A stretch of DNA of 61,481 nucleotides, counting the filler, from Dimargaris cristalligena (taxonomy: Eukaryota), in NCBI GenBank assembly GCA_003614675.1. It is 8 parts of 8 records of this genome, joined end to end, with 100 filler letters (N's around TTAATTAATTAA, not from the genome) between each part and the next. Parts side by side here need not be neighbours in the genome. Positions count along the whole stretch, not along the records: positions 46,275 to 53,830 come from ML003404.1; positions 53,931 to 61,481 come from ML003405.1; 6 more parts are not named here. One strand, 5' to 3'. The notes below the pieces were generated by a model. It was not told where the DNA came from. It saw only the letters and a list, made by a program, of their open reading frames with translations, and made no database searches. A program made the position numbers and the translations under genes. Positions 49,649 to 61,481 of the stretch are shown here, piece after piece. The stretch's first letter is position 1; each line of letters opens with the position of its first letter.

Positions 49649-51277
49649 CTAACAGCTGTCACTCATCAGATTCACCAAGTCGGTGTCATCTACTTCCGTT
49701 TTGGTTTGGGCCAGGTTCTTGAATTTAGCAAACAGCCGTTTCGACTTCTCACTAGGGATATCGGTGTAACCCAGCAAATTGAGGCGGGACAAGAAAGCGG
49801 ACCGGCCGCTCTGGTTGGACAAGATCAGAGCGTCACTGGTGGCGCCCACCTCCGCGGGGTTAAGGTATTCGTAGGTGGTCCGGTTCTTGAGCATACCGTC
49901 CTGGTGAATCCCGGAAGTATGCCGAAACACATTGCGCCCCACAATGGGTTTGTTAGCCGCCAAGGCTAGGCCACTGAGGGCGGACACCATTTGGCAGACC
50001 CGGGTAAAATGAGAGGTATTCAGTTGGTGGGTGGCATTATAATGCGCTGCATGGGTGGTTAGGCACATGGCCACTTCCTCTAGGGGGGAATTGCCCGCTC
50101 GTTCGCCGAGACCGGCCATGGTTCCGTCCACCAAAGTGGCCCCCGCTTCGATACCGGCCAAGGCGTTGGCGACGCCGAGTCCCAAGTCATTGTGGGTGTG
50201 GACCGCCCAGATAGCCTAGGGAAAGTAGTCCAAAGGGTGAAAAAAAATGGGTCGCCATCGCCATCGTAGAGAGTGGCAGCAAAAGGTATCCGAACATTAA
50301 AAAATAAAATGGGGTTAGAAATTGACTAGACAGGCCCTGGAGGTGGGGTCAGTAGCAGGGACCAAATAGCATCGGAAAGGTTGTTCCAGCATAGCCCAGG
50401 CGGAAATATACTTTTAATTAGGGGACTTCTAAAGCTAGGTGCTGTAGCTTTAACTACAAATACCTATTAATTTTTAATAAAGCGAACCACCCCTCCCTCC
50501 CTCCCTCCCTCCCTCTAATGACAATACGCGGCAGATGAAGGATTTATGCAACCTGTCCACCCCGCCTATCATATCGGCATCCTGCAAGGGTGATTCATTA
50601 TTAACATTTGTAGTCCCTTTGGGGAGTGAGAAAATTACCTTTTCGGAACCCGGCGTATTCTCGATACAGTATTTGACGATACGATGAAACTCGACGGGGA
50701 TGCAGCTTCCCACGGTATCCGTCAAAGCCACCGCGTGCGCCCCCTCTGCAATGGCCACCCCGAACACTTCGCAGAGGAAATCGTAGGAGGACCGACAGCC
50801 GTCTTCGGCCCCAAAGGCCACCCACGGGGTCAGTGACCGCGCTAGGCGGACACTCTCCCGCACGCGCTGGAGACACTCCGTCCGGGACATGCGGAGTTTG
50901 TGTTCCAAGTGCAGATCAGAAGTAGCGATAAAGAGGTTGATTTGGCAACGCGGGGCGTCCCGGATGGCCTCGTAAGTGCGCCGAATATCCGCTTCCAAAG
51001 TCCGACTTAGCGCCGAAATGATGGGGGGTTCACCCAGGTGTTCGCGATGGGTCATGTGGTGACCCACTTCCCGGGCAATCCGCTGGCAGGTGCTAAAGTT
51101 CTGCTCCGATGAGACCGGGAAGCCCGTCTCGATCATAGCAACCCCCAGTTCCGCCAGCGCCCGCGCGATGGTTACCTTGGCGTCGGGCGTGAAACTGACC
51201 CCAGGGGTCTGCGCGCCGTCACGCAGCGTGGTGTCAGCAAATATAATACGTTTGGGCGCCCCGTTGGTGGCAGACAT
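49649..51277 (-). CDS. leuA: 2-isopropylmalate synthase-like (LeuA/DRE-TIM) enzyme lacking the regulatory domain (~401 aa); exons 51277-50639 and 50215-49649
   Basis: DTTLRDG.Q.PG, IETGFP, FIATSDLH, DTVG, HTHNDLG, GLGERAGN, NKPIVG, SGIHQDG; phase-0 intron GTAATT...CCTAG. Confidence 0.85.
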
Positions 51278-53746
51278 GGTCTAAATGTAAGGATAGGCTA
51301 AGGAAATACTGGGTGTAAGATGTCCAACGAAAATTGATAAGGGTTTTTTTTTGGATGTATGAAAACAGAGAATAAACTGGTCTTGATCGGGGGGAGAAAT
51401 GGAAGGAAGGATAGAGGGGGGATTAATGAAGAAAATATTAGTGAAGTGCGACTTGCTCTGTAACCAACTGGAGTAGGTCGCCGGGGTGGATTTTATAGGA
51501 TTTGGTTTCGACAGTAGCCCGGCCCGGTTGAGCCCCCTGAGGTCTAAATAAAGTAGCGACCCGGGATAATCTGGGGGGGGGGTGGAATATACCAACTATT
51601 CTGACTGCTCGACCGGTCAATGACATGACATTGGTACCCCCGCCCCTTTGAATACACCAACCCTCCAAGAAGTCTGTCATCATTAGGTTTACATTACATC
51701 CCCCCGCTGCCCTGTCATCTGATGCGTGAGATCACTGTACCGACCTCTCAGCAGTACAAGCGACTATGAATTCACCTCCGGCAATGTGTGGGGAGTTTAA
51801 CTAAAAGAACCATCTAGCCTGCGACTTACCTAGTCTCCTCCACCTCTGCCACAGGGGGTGCATCAATCCGGCATCACCAAAATAAAGAGGGTGGTGCTTA
51901 GATGTCCAACCTATGAACTATAGGGAATTAGATGATGTGTTTCTACGGGTGAGCATGAGTAGGTGTAGAAAACAAATGGGAAAAAAGGTGAAATCCAAGG
52001 GGTGTGAATCCTACTAGCGGGGTGCATCAGGGATCTATTACGGTGTATCTGCACTTTCCCGGGGGATATATACCCATTATCGCTAGTGAGGTCTTTGTCA
52101 GTAGTATCTATGGGCTTTAACCATGGCCTCTGCGATGGATTTAGAGCTCCATGCTATATTAAATGGGATCCGGGCGGCCGAAAATGGGCCCGAAGTGGTT
52201 GTCCCGGTGATTTGATATATCCAACCCTACTAAGGGCTGGGCAAAGGAATTCAAGCACTTGGACTGGCTTAATGCAATCCTCTCTACTCAACACCAAAGC
52301 TATGATTGACGCGTGCAGATACAGGTGGGGGGGGGACTCGTATCAAACCGGTAATATGCTGGATCGGGAATTCAACGTAGTGCCTCTATACGGCTGACCC
52401 TGCGGAACCCTTCTCTACGTTTGTTCCCTCGGGTGGGGTCCATTCAATAGTGAACGGAATCCCAAGGCCCAATGAATTCAACGAGGGCGGTCTCTAAGCT
52501 CATTTAGCCATTTATTAGTGTAATATATCAAGTAGAACTATGTATATTTCGTTGAACAATGGGTTGATCCTGACAAACCTTGGGCATCAGATACCTGATA
52601 CCTATTTTATTACTTGGTGGGTTAACTGACCTCCCCTCCCCCTGCCTTAGTTAGGCAGAGATTGGGTCTTTCATAGCGCTTCTTTTCTCCCGACTATGAG
52701 ACTATTCTGTCCTCCTATATTCAATGCCCATTACATATTGGCTGACTATTCCGTCAAATGGCAATAGTCGGTGTTATACTATTAGGCAGACATGGGTTTA
52801 GATTTGCGACTGCATGGTGTAGTTTGACACACAAAGTCCCTAAACTGATTTTTCTTCCTTAAATTCAATGTTTTAACCAGCATCAGCAATTCAACAAACA
52901 AACTACCACCGTGTATCCGCTCTCGCCTTTAGAGTGTCGCGATGGGTAGATTCACCATCGGCATTGGCCTCGTGGTCGGTTTTATTATTTAGTAGCACCC
53001 ATGCCCGGGCTGCTGGCCCTGTCTGCAATGTAACAGATATGTAGGTCTCGACTGCAGTACTCTGGCTTGTGGGCTGGACGAACCAGTCCCATAGCAGTGG
53101 TATGTGCATGTGTGTATGTGGGGGGGGGGAGGTTATTCACACTTAGGGCTGAACTGGTTTGAGTCGGATATTACGGATGACATGTATCACGTATGGAGGC
53201 GCATTACAGCTACCAGGGTTATGATCATCACTCCAACTTAACGCATCCCTGTTATACCCATCGCCAATGAGCATCCCAAGTTACAACCTTCACCCCAAAG
53301 ACCGCCGAAAACGGCACCACCGTTCCCGAGCTTTAGGCAGTATGGGCCATTGGGCATGCCATGTATGGCGGGCGTATGTTTGCGTCTTCTGGGAATGTAT
53401 CACATGGGCTGGCGTCCCCTAAACAATAGTTGCCTTTATTTGTAAGCCACCTATTTTTTTTTTTAGGATCACTAGGGCCGAAGAACTGCCATTAGGTCTC
53501 GATGGTTTCCACCCCTCTCTCTCTCTTTCTATTTCCATCGCAGCCACTTTATGGTAATAATAGATTGGGCCAATTTGATGTCATCAGTCCATTATCCCTC
53601 AATACGGAACCCCTGTATATATTATTTTGGTATGCTTTCGGCGGCTTGGATATGAATAGGGATCCTGGGAGAAGTGGCGGAAACAAGGCCCAATACAATA
53701 ATTCCCTATTGAATACACCCCGATAAAAAAGAGAGATTATATCATA

Positions 53747-53830
53747 TAGGAGAAGTTCATCCAAGCTGTATAACGAAAAATCCATTAGATTCGGCCAATA
53801 TTACTAGTTAAAAATACATTTCCCATATAT
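53747..53830. mobile_element. MITE copy (subfamily A), cut by the contig end
   Basis: TA|TAGGAGAAGTTCATCCAAGCTGTATAACGAAAAATCCATTAGAT, nearly identical to the left half of 18679-18816. Confidence 0.8.
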
Positions 53831-53930
53831 NNNNNNNNNNNNNNNNNNNNNNNNNNNNNNNNNNNNNNNNNNNNTTAATTAATTAANNNNNNNNNNNNNN
53901 NNNNNNNNNNNNNNNNNNNNNNNNNNNNNN
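53831..53930. other. Artificial contig spacer
   Basis: N44-TTAATTAATTAA-N44. Confidence 0.98.
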
Positions 53931-54076
53931 TATTCATCTATCTTTTCATTTAGGCTTCCCCTTTTGAGTATAAATACTCCCCCTTACTGCTACCTCTTGG
54001 AACAACAAGTATATCATCATTTTTCCTTTTTTTTTTAAAAAAAATAAAGTTCAGTTTTCAAGGCTTTAATTTCAGT

Positions 54077-54214
54077 TAGGAGTAATTCAATAAGGCTATC
54101 TAACAAAAAATACATTTGATGAGGTAAGTACTACTGGTTGAAAATAAACATCCCACCAATTTTCCCATATATATATTAGTTGAAACCTTATACAACTAAG
54201 TTAAACTTCACCCA
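54077..54214. mobile_element. MITE copy (subfamily B)
   Basis: TAGGAGTAATTCAATAAGGCTAT...TACTACTGGTTGAAAATAAACATCCCACCAATTTTCCCATA...AACTTCACCCA. Confidence 0.75.
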
Positions 54215-54239
54215 GTTCTTTATGTTGGTCCTAGTAAAA

Positions 54240-55430
54240 TGGGTGGTTTAATTACCCTTTGGAATAATTAATTAGGTATTGGTAAAAATAATTCAAGAGT
54301 AGGCTTAGGGATGATTATTCCACCCCTTTGAAAGAGCCAACCCTATTAGCCACCCCTTGTTCAATATATAATGTTAATTTAGGCATTACCAATCTATGGC
54401 CAGTGGGCAATTCCACCAGTGGGGTCCCCCAGTTTTCTCCCAGAACTATTTATGAATCAGAGATGGAAAATTATTGTGGCTTAGTTCTAACAGTACTCCT
54501 GGTCTGGAGTAATTATTATTCCCTAATTACAGATTACTGGCTATCTCATTTAGCCCTAGGATTAAAAGAAAATAGCATAGTGGAGACCATTATGACCAAT
54601 AGTTTCTTGAAGGCCACCTGGAAGACCTATGGACACTATCATCACTGATTCTTACAGTTCTGCTAGTCTATTAGTCATTTGGTGTACCCCATTTTGAATG
54701 GCACCTTATTCACATATCTTGTTCACCTGTACACTTTGAGGGTGAACCCCCCCAGCTGTTACCTGGAGGATTGGCTCCATTGATGAAATTCAATAGGATC
54801 ACATATAGCCAGGTTAAATATTCAGAGGAAGTAGCATCACAATTTCACAAAGGATATGCTGTAACATTTTATCAAGGTTTCCCAGAGTTAAAGGATCCAC
54901 AGGGTGCCCATCTAGTCCCTACACACCTGTACAAGCATCTATACACCCTCAAGTGGAAACCCAATGGGGTGTAGTTGGAATGGGCTGCCCTATTTATCAT
55001 TGACAGTATATTTGGCCTGCACATGAGTTATTAGCCAGTTTGTGATGGCAAGATGTGACCCTAGAGAGTCAGTCTTTATCTGCCTTTATTGTTGGTGAAA
55101 AACAGAAGGCACATTTGGAGGGGTTTGTTGAGTTGCCTGCCCAATCTGCCTGGCTTTTAAGGCAATCCTCAGGCAATATCTAGTATCAACCAAATTGGCC
55201 AACCTGTGTGGACTGCTTTTAAAACAACTCCCGCAGATTGGGTCACAAGATATATCCAAGCACTTTTGGAATCCTTGAGGCATAATACTATGATTGCATT
55301 GGAGTATTTATCACATTGTTTGAGGAAGACTATGGTTGCAGGTATGCCTGCAGCTAACGTTAACCCATTACAAGTACTGAATTGGGGCCATTGGGAGGCC
55401 TTAGAAACCATGAGGGCCTATTGCTGAGTT
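54240..55430. repeat. CpG-depleted decayed element or pseudogene
   Basis: About two CpGs in 1.2 kb despite moderate GC; only short interrupted ORFs. Confidence 0.4.
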
Positions 55431-55926
55431 TCTTTCCCTTATCAGACATATCTACATTTCATTTTTTCGTTTATTATTTAAAATTTCAACTATTTAGATT
55501 ACATCGTTTCTTGCTTACTTTTAAATTTTCATCCATATAGTTTATCTTTTTTTGTCTATGTGTATAGTCTTGTAAAGCCTTTCGGACAACTCTAGTATAA
55601 TGGAGTTGTCATTTCGAGAGGTAGTGCTATTGGGAATAGGCATCCATTAACGATAATGACCGTTGTTGTGGGTCGCATTGCTGTGCCCTTCTTGTGTGTA
55701 AGCCAGGCGCCTTTCCCAAGGCGCATCGAATCTGTTGGCATTGGCTCTGCACCAGCGCCCCGTTTCTTTTAGGCCCAAGCCGACGCACCCCTACTGATAT
55801 ACCGCTGCCTAGGCCTGTGTCTTTTCCCCCCTCTTGTTTTTTTTTCATATTTCTTTCTGTTCAATACCCTTTAGGTTAGGTTTCCGTTTTTGATTCTTCC
55901 CGAGTCGCTGCGTTCCCCCTTCTGCC

Positions 55927-57700
55927 ATGCTGCTTTCCTTTAAGCGGCCTAGTTGGCCAGTAGGCCGATCCCTGAATCTTCGGATTGGTCCGGCCCAATG
56001 GTTAACTCAATCGGCCTTCCGAATTTATCGGCCATATTCGACTATTGGTGTTTCTGGACCGAAGTCCCGCCCCACTACCTCCCTTCGTGGCTCAGCGGCG
56101 GCCTCCACGGTGGTTTGCCACGCCCCGCTGGAGGTACCGGCCACTCCCACTCCCGGACCAGCCCAAGTTTCCCAGGCTGTACCTATTTACCCCAGCCGGC
56201 TCCATCCCTCCACCATTCAATCGTATGAAGCGGCTTTCAAGTTACTTAACCGCGGCTTGAGTTTAGAAGATGTGACCGCAAAGTCGATTGAATACCATTT
56301 TCCGGGAGCGATGGATGGGAAGCCATTTGATATGCGTCGGTTCCTAGGTACCTTTCGCTCGCGCAATAACAAGGTGTCGTGGTTTATTGCGAATTCTTCA
56401 GGTAAAATTCGGGCGTAGTGATACCTACTAGATCTATAGATAACAAGATGGATCAACAGAGTGGTGCACGGTTACTTGGCGGTTTTAGGCAATGTTCTAT
56501 CGCCTAAAATGACATTTAGCCAATAACACCAATGTCCATTTTCCACTTATGTTTTCAAATATCTGTTTTATAGGAAGTTCGACCAGTCGACTGGGCTAGT
56601 TTCGCCGTCGGCGTAAGCAACTCTAAGGGCTAAACCAACTTGACCTGGGAGGTGGGGGAATCTCATAAAAACAAATAATTAATCTGACTGTATCGGCCTG
56701 ATCCTCACCCCTTTCTATTACAGAAATTACCGAGCAAAACCTTGAACAATTTATAGAATGGGAACGGGCGGCCCCCCTTCCCCGTACCACAAAAACCCGC
56801 TGGACTCCCGAGGAGGATGTCCGCTTAATCCAAGCGGTCGAGAAATTCGGGGGTAAGAACTGGAGCGCCGTCGCCGCCCAGGTTGGAACCCGAAACAGGG
56901 TGTGCTGTAACCAACGCTCCCGGAAAATCATGCGGGACCCTACTTCCGTGACCACCGTGACTCCCGAACTGCTGGCCGATGTTGACCAACTTCTGCGCCG
57001 CTATAACCACGACTGGTCCAAGGTGCTCCCCCACTACCCCCACTTTAAGCCGTATCAGATCCGAAGTCGGTATGCCCTGTGGCTGAACCGGACCTCCCAA
57101 TTTTCGCGTATTTGGGATACCGTGGAGTTAGAGCGGCTCCGGACCGCGGTGGCCCAGCTCGGCCCATTCCGATGGTTCGATGTAGCCCAGGTGGTCCAAA
57201 CCAAATCCTTTACCCAGTGCAGCCTACAGTGGAAGAAATTTACCCTCTTGGCGACACGGAAAGCTACGACCCTCGAGGAACGGGTCCGTATTCTATTTTT
57301 CCTGGCCGTCTTCCATCCCGATCACATTCACCCCATTGTGCCCCAATGGCTCACCTGGCTCCCCGCCTCGTTACAGGACCGGGGACTTCAGCCGGGGGTC
57401 CATATCAACTGGCTGGTCGCTGCCCAGTGGTTACTGCTAACCCGTACTTCGGGCCAATGTAAAGATATTTGGCATAGTATGCGAAAACAACTCCGATTAA
57501 CCTGCCAGCAGGGGCCGTTGGATCAAAAGGTCCTACTAGACCTGTACCCCCAGTGCGACACGAACCTAAAACGGCGCCACATGGCGACAAAACTGCGCAT
57601 ATCCACTCGGGACTTCACCCGGCAGTTTAACTATGCCCGTATGGCGGTTCTATTTAAACAGCTGGCCGATAACCCACCATCATTGCCTTTATATATGTAA
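55927..57700 (+). CDS. Myb/SANT-repeat protein with a mitochondrial-presequence-like N-terminus; simplest model exons 55927-56401 and 56724-57700
   Basis: RWTPEEDVRLIQAVEKFGGKNWSAVAAQVGTRN and WDTVELERLRTAVAQLGPFRWFDVAQVVQTKS..QC..QW repeats. The internal splice pattern is uncertain; a mini-exon at 56574-56612 is possible. Confidence 0.75.
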
Positions 57701-58633
57701 TTTCCCTCTAACTAGAGTAAGGGGATCTGTATCGTATTAGTAATCCCATGATCAGGCTCCGATTCTCCAGTATCGCATCACTTCTGCCCTTGTTCTTTCT
57801 AAAATGGGAAATTGGGGCGATTCACGGTCCACTTATTGACTAATCCATGTACGAATTAAGAGTGTTAGTCGCCTTTGTAAAGCATGTAACAAGCCGGTGG
57901 ATATGAAACACTAGTCTAATTGTTGACTTTGACTGTATGACTGGCAATATTTATCGTATGAGGCACCGGTGTCCCTCGTTTAATGCACCATTAATCATGT
58001 GGTACCGTCAAAGGTTTGTTTAGAAAGGCGAACGTTTTCTCTTTCTATTGATAGATATGCTAGTAATAAATATCCGCTGAGTTGAAACCATCGATAATAA
58101 ATAGAGTTAATAGAGGGATGATGGTCATAAATAATCATTAATTGCAGCTCAATCCAAATGATGGGTGTTGAAGGAGGAATAGGAAGGTTATATTTACCCG
58201 TATTATTGGTATTAGGCTGAGAATCAACGGGGAAATCATCTGGAGCAGAATCGCTCTATATCGGGATCGGCGGGGAGCTAAACATTTCTGGGTGTTGTGT
58301 GGGGAGTGGGGCGATTGGCCCAATTTGTAAAGGTGGCGGTTTAGGTGATTCATCTATAAAAAAAGACAGAAGGAGCCACCACCTTACTAGCGGTGGTGGG
58401 ATATATATATGTATATATATGCTAGTAATAGCTAGTAATCACTCGACCACTTTGTTTGACTAATCTACTACAGGGTTTATTGGCGACTGAGTAGCCCTCC
58501 TACCACCCTTATATACCACTTCTGCATTGACGACCACTTTGCTTGTTTACCTTACTGCTGCCGAACTCCCCCTGTTATATTCCCTATACCCATCCATCAT
58601 TCGTTGATTTACCAGCCCAGCTCTTCATTCAAC

Positions 58634-60183
58634 ATGAGTTCCTTTGGCCAGCTCTTTCGCGTCACCACCTTCGGCGAATCTCACTGCAAAGCCGTTGGCT
58701 GTGTCATTGATGGCTGCCCCCCGGGAATGCAACTTACCGAGACCGACATTCAGCCTCAACTTACTCGGCGTCGGCCTGGACAGAGTAATCTGACCACTCC
58801 CGTAAGTTTAATCTACCCTCGCTACTATCCTTGCCTACATCCAGTAACGAGCAAGGTTCTCTTTGTTTTCGTTAGAGATGTTAATGTAGAGGCTGACCCT
58901 TGAATAGCTTACACCATATACCCCACCAACTGAGCAGTAGCAAATTCCCCGACTGCACCGGCCTAGGTAGACTGCCTGAAAGGGGCCAGGGCTTAGAACC
59001 GTATTTGTAGTTAACTATTTTTGGGAAAGCGCTAACTGTGGCATATCAATCATCATGTCCGACATTTGCCCTGCGAACCAACACCACCGATCCCTAATTA
59101 CACATACACTAACTCCTCGACCAATATGCAATTTATTACCTTTGTATTAAAATCGTGTAGCGTGACGAGAAGGACCAGGTCGTGATTCAATCCGGTACCG
59201 AATTTGGTGTAACCCTGGGAACCCCGATCGGCTTGTTCGTTCCCAACCAGGACCAGCGCCCCCACGACTATTCCGAGACCGATTTTTTCCCGCGCCCCAG
59301 TCATGCCGATTGGACCTACCTCCAAAAGTACGGAGTCAAGGCCAGCAGTGGTGGAGGTCGGTCATCGGCCCGGGAAACCATCGGCCGGGTTGCCGCGGGC
59401 GCCATCGCCGAGAAATACCTGCACACCGCCTACGGCGTGGAGATTGTGGCGTTCGTCAGTTCCGTGGGTCCCGTGGAGATGCCCTTCATCCAGCAGATGC
59501 GGTCGGGTAAAACGGACCCCGGCTTCTTCACCCTCCTAAACGAGGTGACGCGGCCGCAGGTCGATGCCGACGCTGTCCGTTGCCCGGACGCCAGCGCGTC
59601 CCCGGCCATGTGCCAGGAAATCCTGCGGGCCAAAGAGGAATCCGATTCCATCGGCGGGACCGTAACCTGTGTCATCCGCAAAGTCCCCGCCGGCCTAGGC
59701 GAGCCCTGTTTCGATAAACTGGAAGCCAAGTTGGCCCACGCCATGCTGTCCATCCCCGCCACCAAGGGTTTTGAAATTGGGAGCGGGTTCCCCGGTACCG
59801 CCATGAACGGCAGTGTGCACAATGACGCCTTTGTCAGCCGTACCGATGAACAGGGCCAAACTACCCTGGGTACTACCTCCAACTACTCTGGGGGTATCCA
59901 AGGCGGTATCAGTAACGGCGAAAACATCTATTTCCGCGTCGCTTTTAAACCCCCCGCCACCATCAGTCAGGCTCAGAATACCGCTAAATATAACGGTGAG
60001 GCCGGCGTACTGGCCGCCCGGGGTCGCCACGACCCCTGTGTCGTGGCCCGGGCCGTTCCCATCGTCGAAAGTATGGCCGCTTTGGTGGTGATGGATGCCG
60101 TGCTGATTCAACACTCCCGTACCATGTCGACTAGCCTTCTGCCCGTGGCGGAGAAGAAGAACCCGCTCATGTATGGCATTTAG
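58634..60183 (+). CDS. ARO2: Chorismate synthase (~396 aa); exons 58634-58801 and 59161-60183
   Basis: [59 protein letters not shown]. Confidence 0.97.
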
Positions 60184-60952
60184 AGAGACCAGGTACCTGT
60201 CCATGTTTTTTTAGAGAAAAGGTGCCCTGGGCCATTAGCTAACCGCTCAGACCAACGTGGTATATATATATATATCTTATTCGATCTCCTGGCAATCAAC
60301 ATCAGCCGGGGCGGTTGGAGATTTATTAGGGGGCACCAGATAGCCTCACCGCTTACCGATTTTTTATTACCTTCACTGGTTTATTATTCTTATTTTCCAT
60401 ATATTAAAATAGTATAAAATGCATTTTAGCACCCAATGTATCCTTTAAAAGACAATCTTTCTTTTATAATATCTGGCAATGAACCATTAGGGCTATGCCT
60501 AATTTTTCAGCGAATTCGGTCTAAACATCGTAAAAGAGTGTGCTCGAAGAGGTATACCATGTAAAACAATGTCGAGTTTTTTTGATACTAAATGATTTTA
60601 ACTGCCTCTGCTCCTAAGCTGCCAATTGGATAATATCCACAAATGGGGTCAAGAGTTTTCCAGAATTTAGATATCTCTGAGTATATGGGAGAGACTGTGG
60701 TAGTTTTATTACCATTGGTGCTTTGTTACTTATCCGTAGTCAATGCATTGGTTTCTGAATCACCAGAGTGGAGTCTTTCACATTATTCTCCAACTTCTTC
60801 TTATGTGTATACCCCCGTTTAGTAACTTATGCAATCCACGTAACATTCGATTTGCATTCCCCCCTTCTTATCCGGAAACCTTCAATAAGTTTATTAAAAC
60901 CTGTCCAGGCTATCGTTAGCCTCTCAACTCTCTATAGTTGTTTATTGCCCAT

Positions 60953-61481
60953 ATGGTCGCGCAACTCTGGGGTCGCTTGACGATTCTCCCCCGGTCGGTG
61001 CGTCCGGGTCTATCCCTCGCCTTCCCATGGGTCTCCACCTCTACCCGGTCGATCCGTCTACCTATATCCCCGATCCACCAGTCCTTACCCGGGCTTCTTT
61101 TGAATCGGGCCCGGGGTAATGATGGGACCTCCTCCCTTATCGCCTGCATGCACACCGATGCCCCGGTCCCGGCGACGACTGTCCAAGCCGAAGACAAAGG
61201 CACTTCTTCTCCACCCGACCACAGCGTCGGTGACCATGGCCATTTGACAGTTGGGAAGGGAGATAACACCCCACCTAACGATACCAAAACCCCCCAGAAT
61301 AAGGCCAATGCTGCCGATAGTACTAAGCGCCACCTGGCGGGTAATAATCCGCGGGCCAAGTTGTCCTCCCCCCCGAGCAGGACCCCTCCGAATTCCAATG
61401 ATTTAGTCGTCCAATACAGTTCCACCGGCCGGGTCCTCACCGACGACGCCTATATCCTCACGCAACCCTACCCGCCGAGCA
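60953..61481 (+). CDS. 5' part of an unidentified gene, possibly mitochondrially targeted; open to the window end
   Basis: ATG at 60953 with no stop to 61481 (absent from the ORF track). N-terminus MVAQLWGRLTILPRSVRPGLSLAFPWVSTSTRSIRL is Arg/Ser/Leu-rich and has no acidic residues. Confidence 0.55.
   Translation, partial: MVAQLWGRLTILPRSVRPGLSLAFPWVSTSTRSIRLPISPIHQSLPGLLLNRARGNDGTSSLIACMHTDAPVPATTVQAEDKGTSSPPDHSVGDHGHLTVGKGDNTPPNDTKTPQNKANAADSTKRHLAGNNPRAKLSSPPSRTPPNSNDLVVQYSSTGRVLTDDAYILTQPYPPS

Noticed and set aside
1495-54214. Recurring ~140-bp sequence as a CRISPR repeat or ncRNA
   Set aside because: It is dispersed rather than arrayed, and has TIRs, a TA duplication and an empty site, all of which indicate a MITE.
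23582-60183. A biosynthetic gene cluster of NRPS, GS-like ligases, LeuA-like enzyme and chorismate synthase
   Set aside because: The genes lie on separate contigs joined by artificial spacers and sorted by length.
60916-61440. 174-aa minus-strand ORF, and similar antisense ORFs over the bZIP, GS, G-patch, NRPS and ARO2 genes
   Set aside because: These are shadow frames of GC-rich genes on the opposite strand.
1-61481. tRNA, rRNA or telomeric repeats
   Set aside because: No cloverleaf, T-loop context, rRNA motif or telomere array was recognised by eye; tRNAscan-SE and Infernal would be needed to exclude them.

Overview
This is eukaryotic (fungal) DNA with GT-AG spliceosomal introns. It is not one locus. 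It is eight unrelated contigs of about 7.6 kb, ordered by decreasing length (7631, 7624, 7618, 7614, 7598, 7589, 7556, 7551 bp) and joined by artificial 100-bp N44-TTAATTAATTAA-N44 spacers, so neighbourhood across spacers means nothing. The gene content (intronless bacteria-like NRPS, PP2A B'' subunit, secreted orphans) suggests an early-diverging fungus, plausibly a Dimargaritales mycoparasite; this is inference. Recognisable genes are BCD1 (zf-HIT), a Zip1/MetR-type bZIP, two tandem GS-like gamma-glutamyl ligases, a 4-TM protein, a G-patch protein, the 3' part of an NRPS (C-A-T-E-like), PP2A B'', a truncated LeuA-like enzyme, a Myb-repeat protein and ARO2. The most interesting signals are: (1) a LeuA paralogue lacking the regulatory domain and carrying plant-MAM-like pocket changes; (2) a signal-peptide plus F-box pseudogene that may belong to a secreted effector family with a second secreted orphan; (3) a tandem duplication whose orphan coding exon has diverged far more than its non-coding flanks; (4) a ~140-bp TA-flanked MITE family (7 copies) with an empty site visible in the window; (5) CpG-specific decay of repeats spreading into one duplicate.
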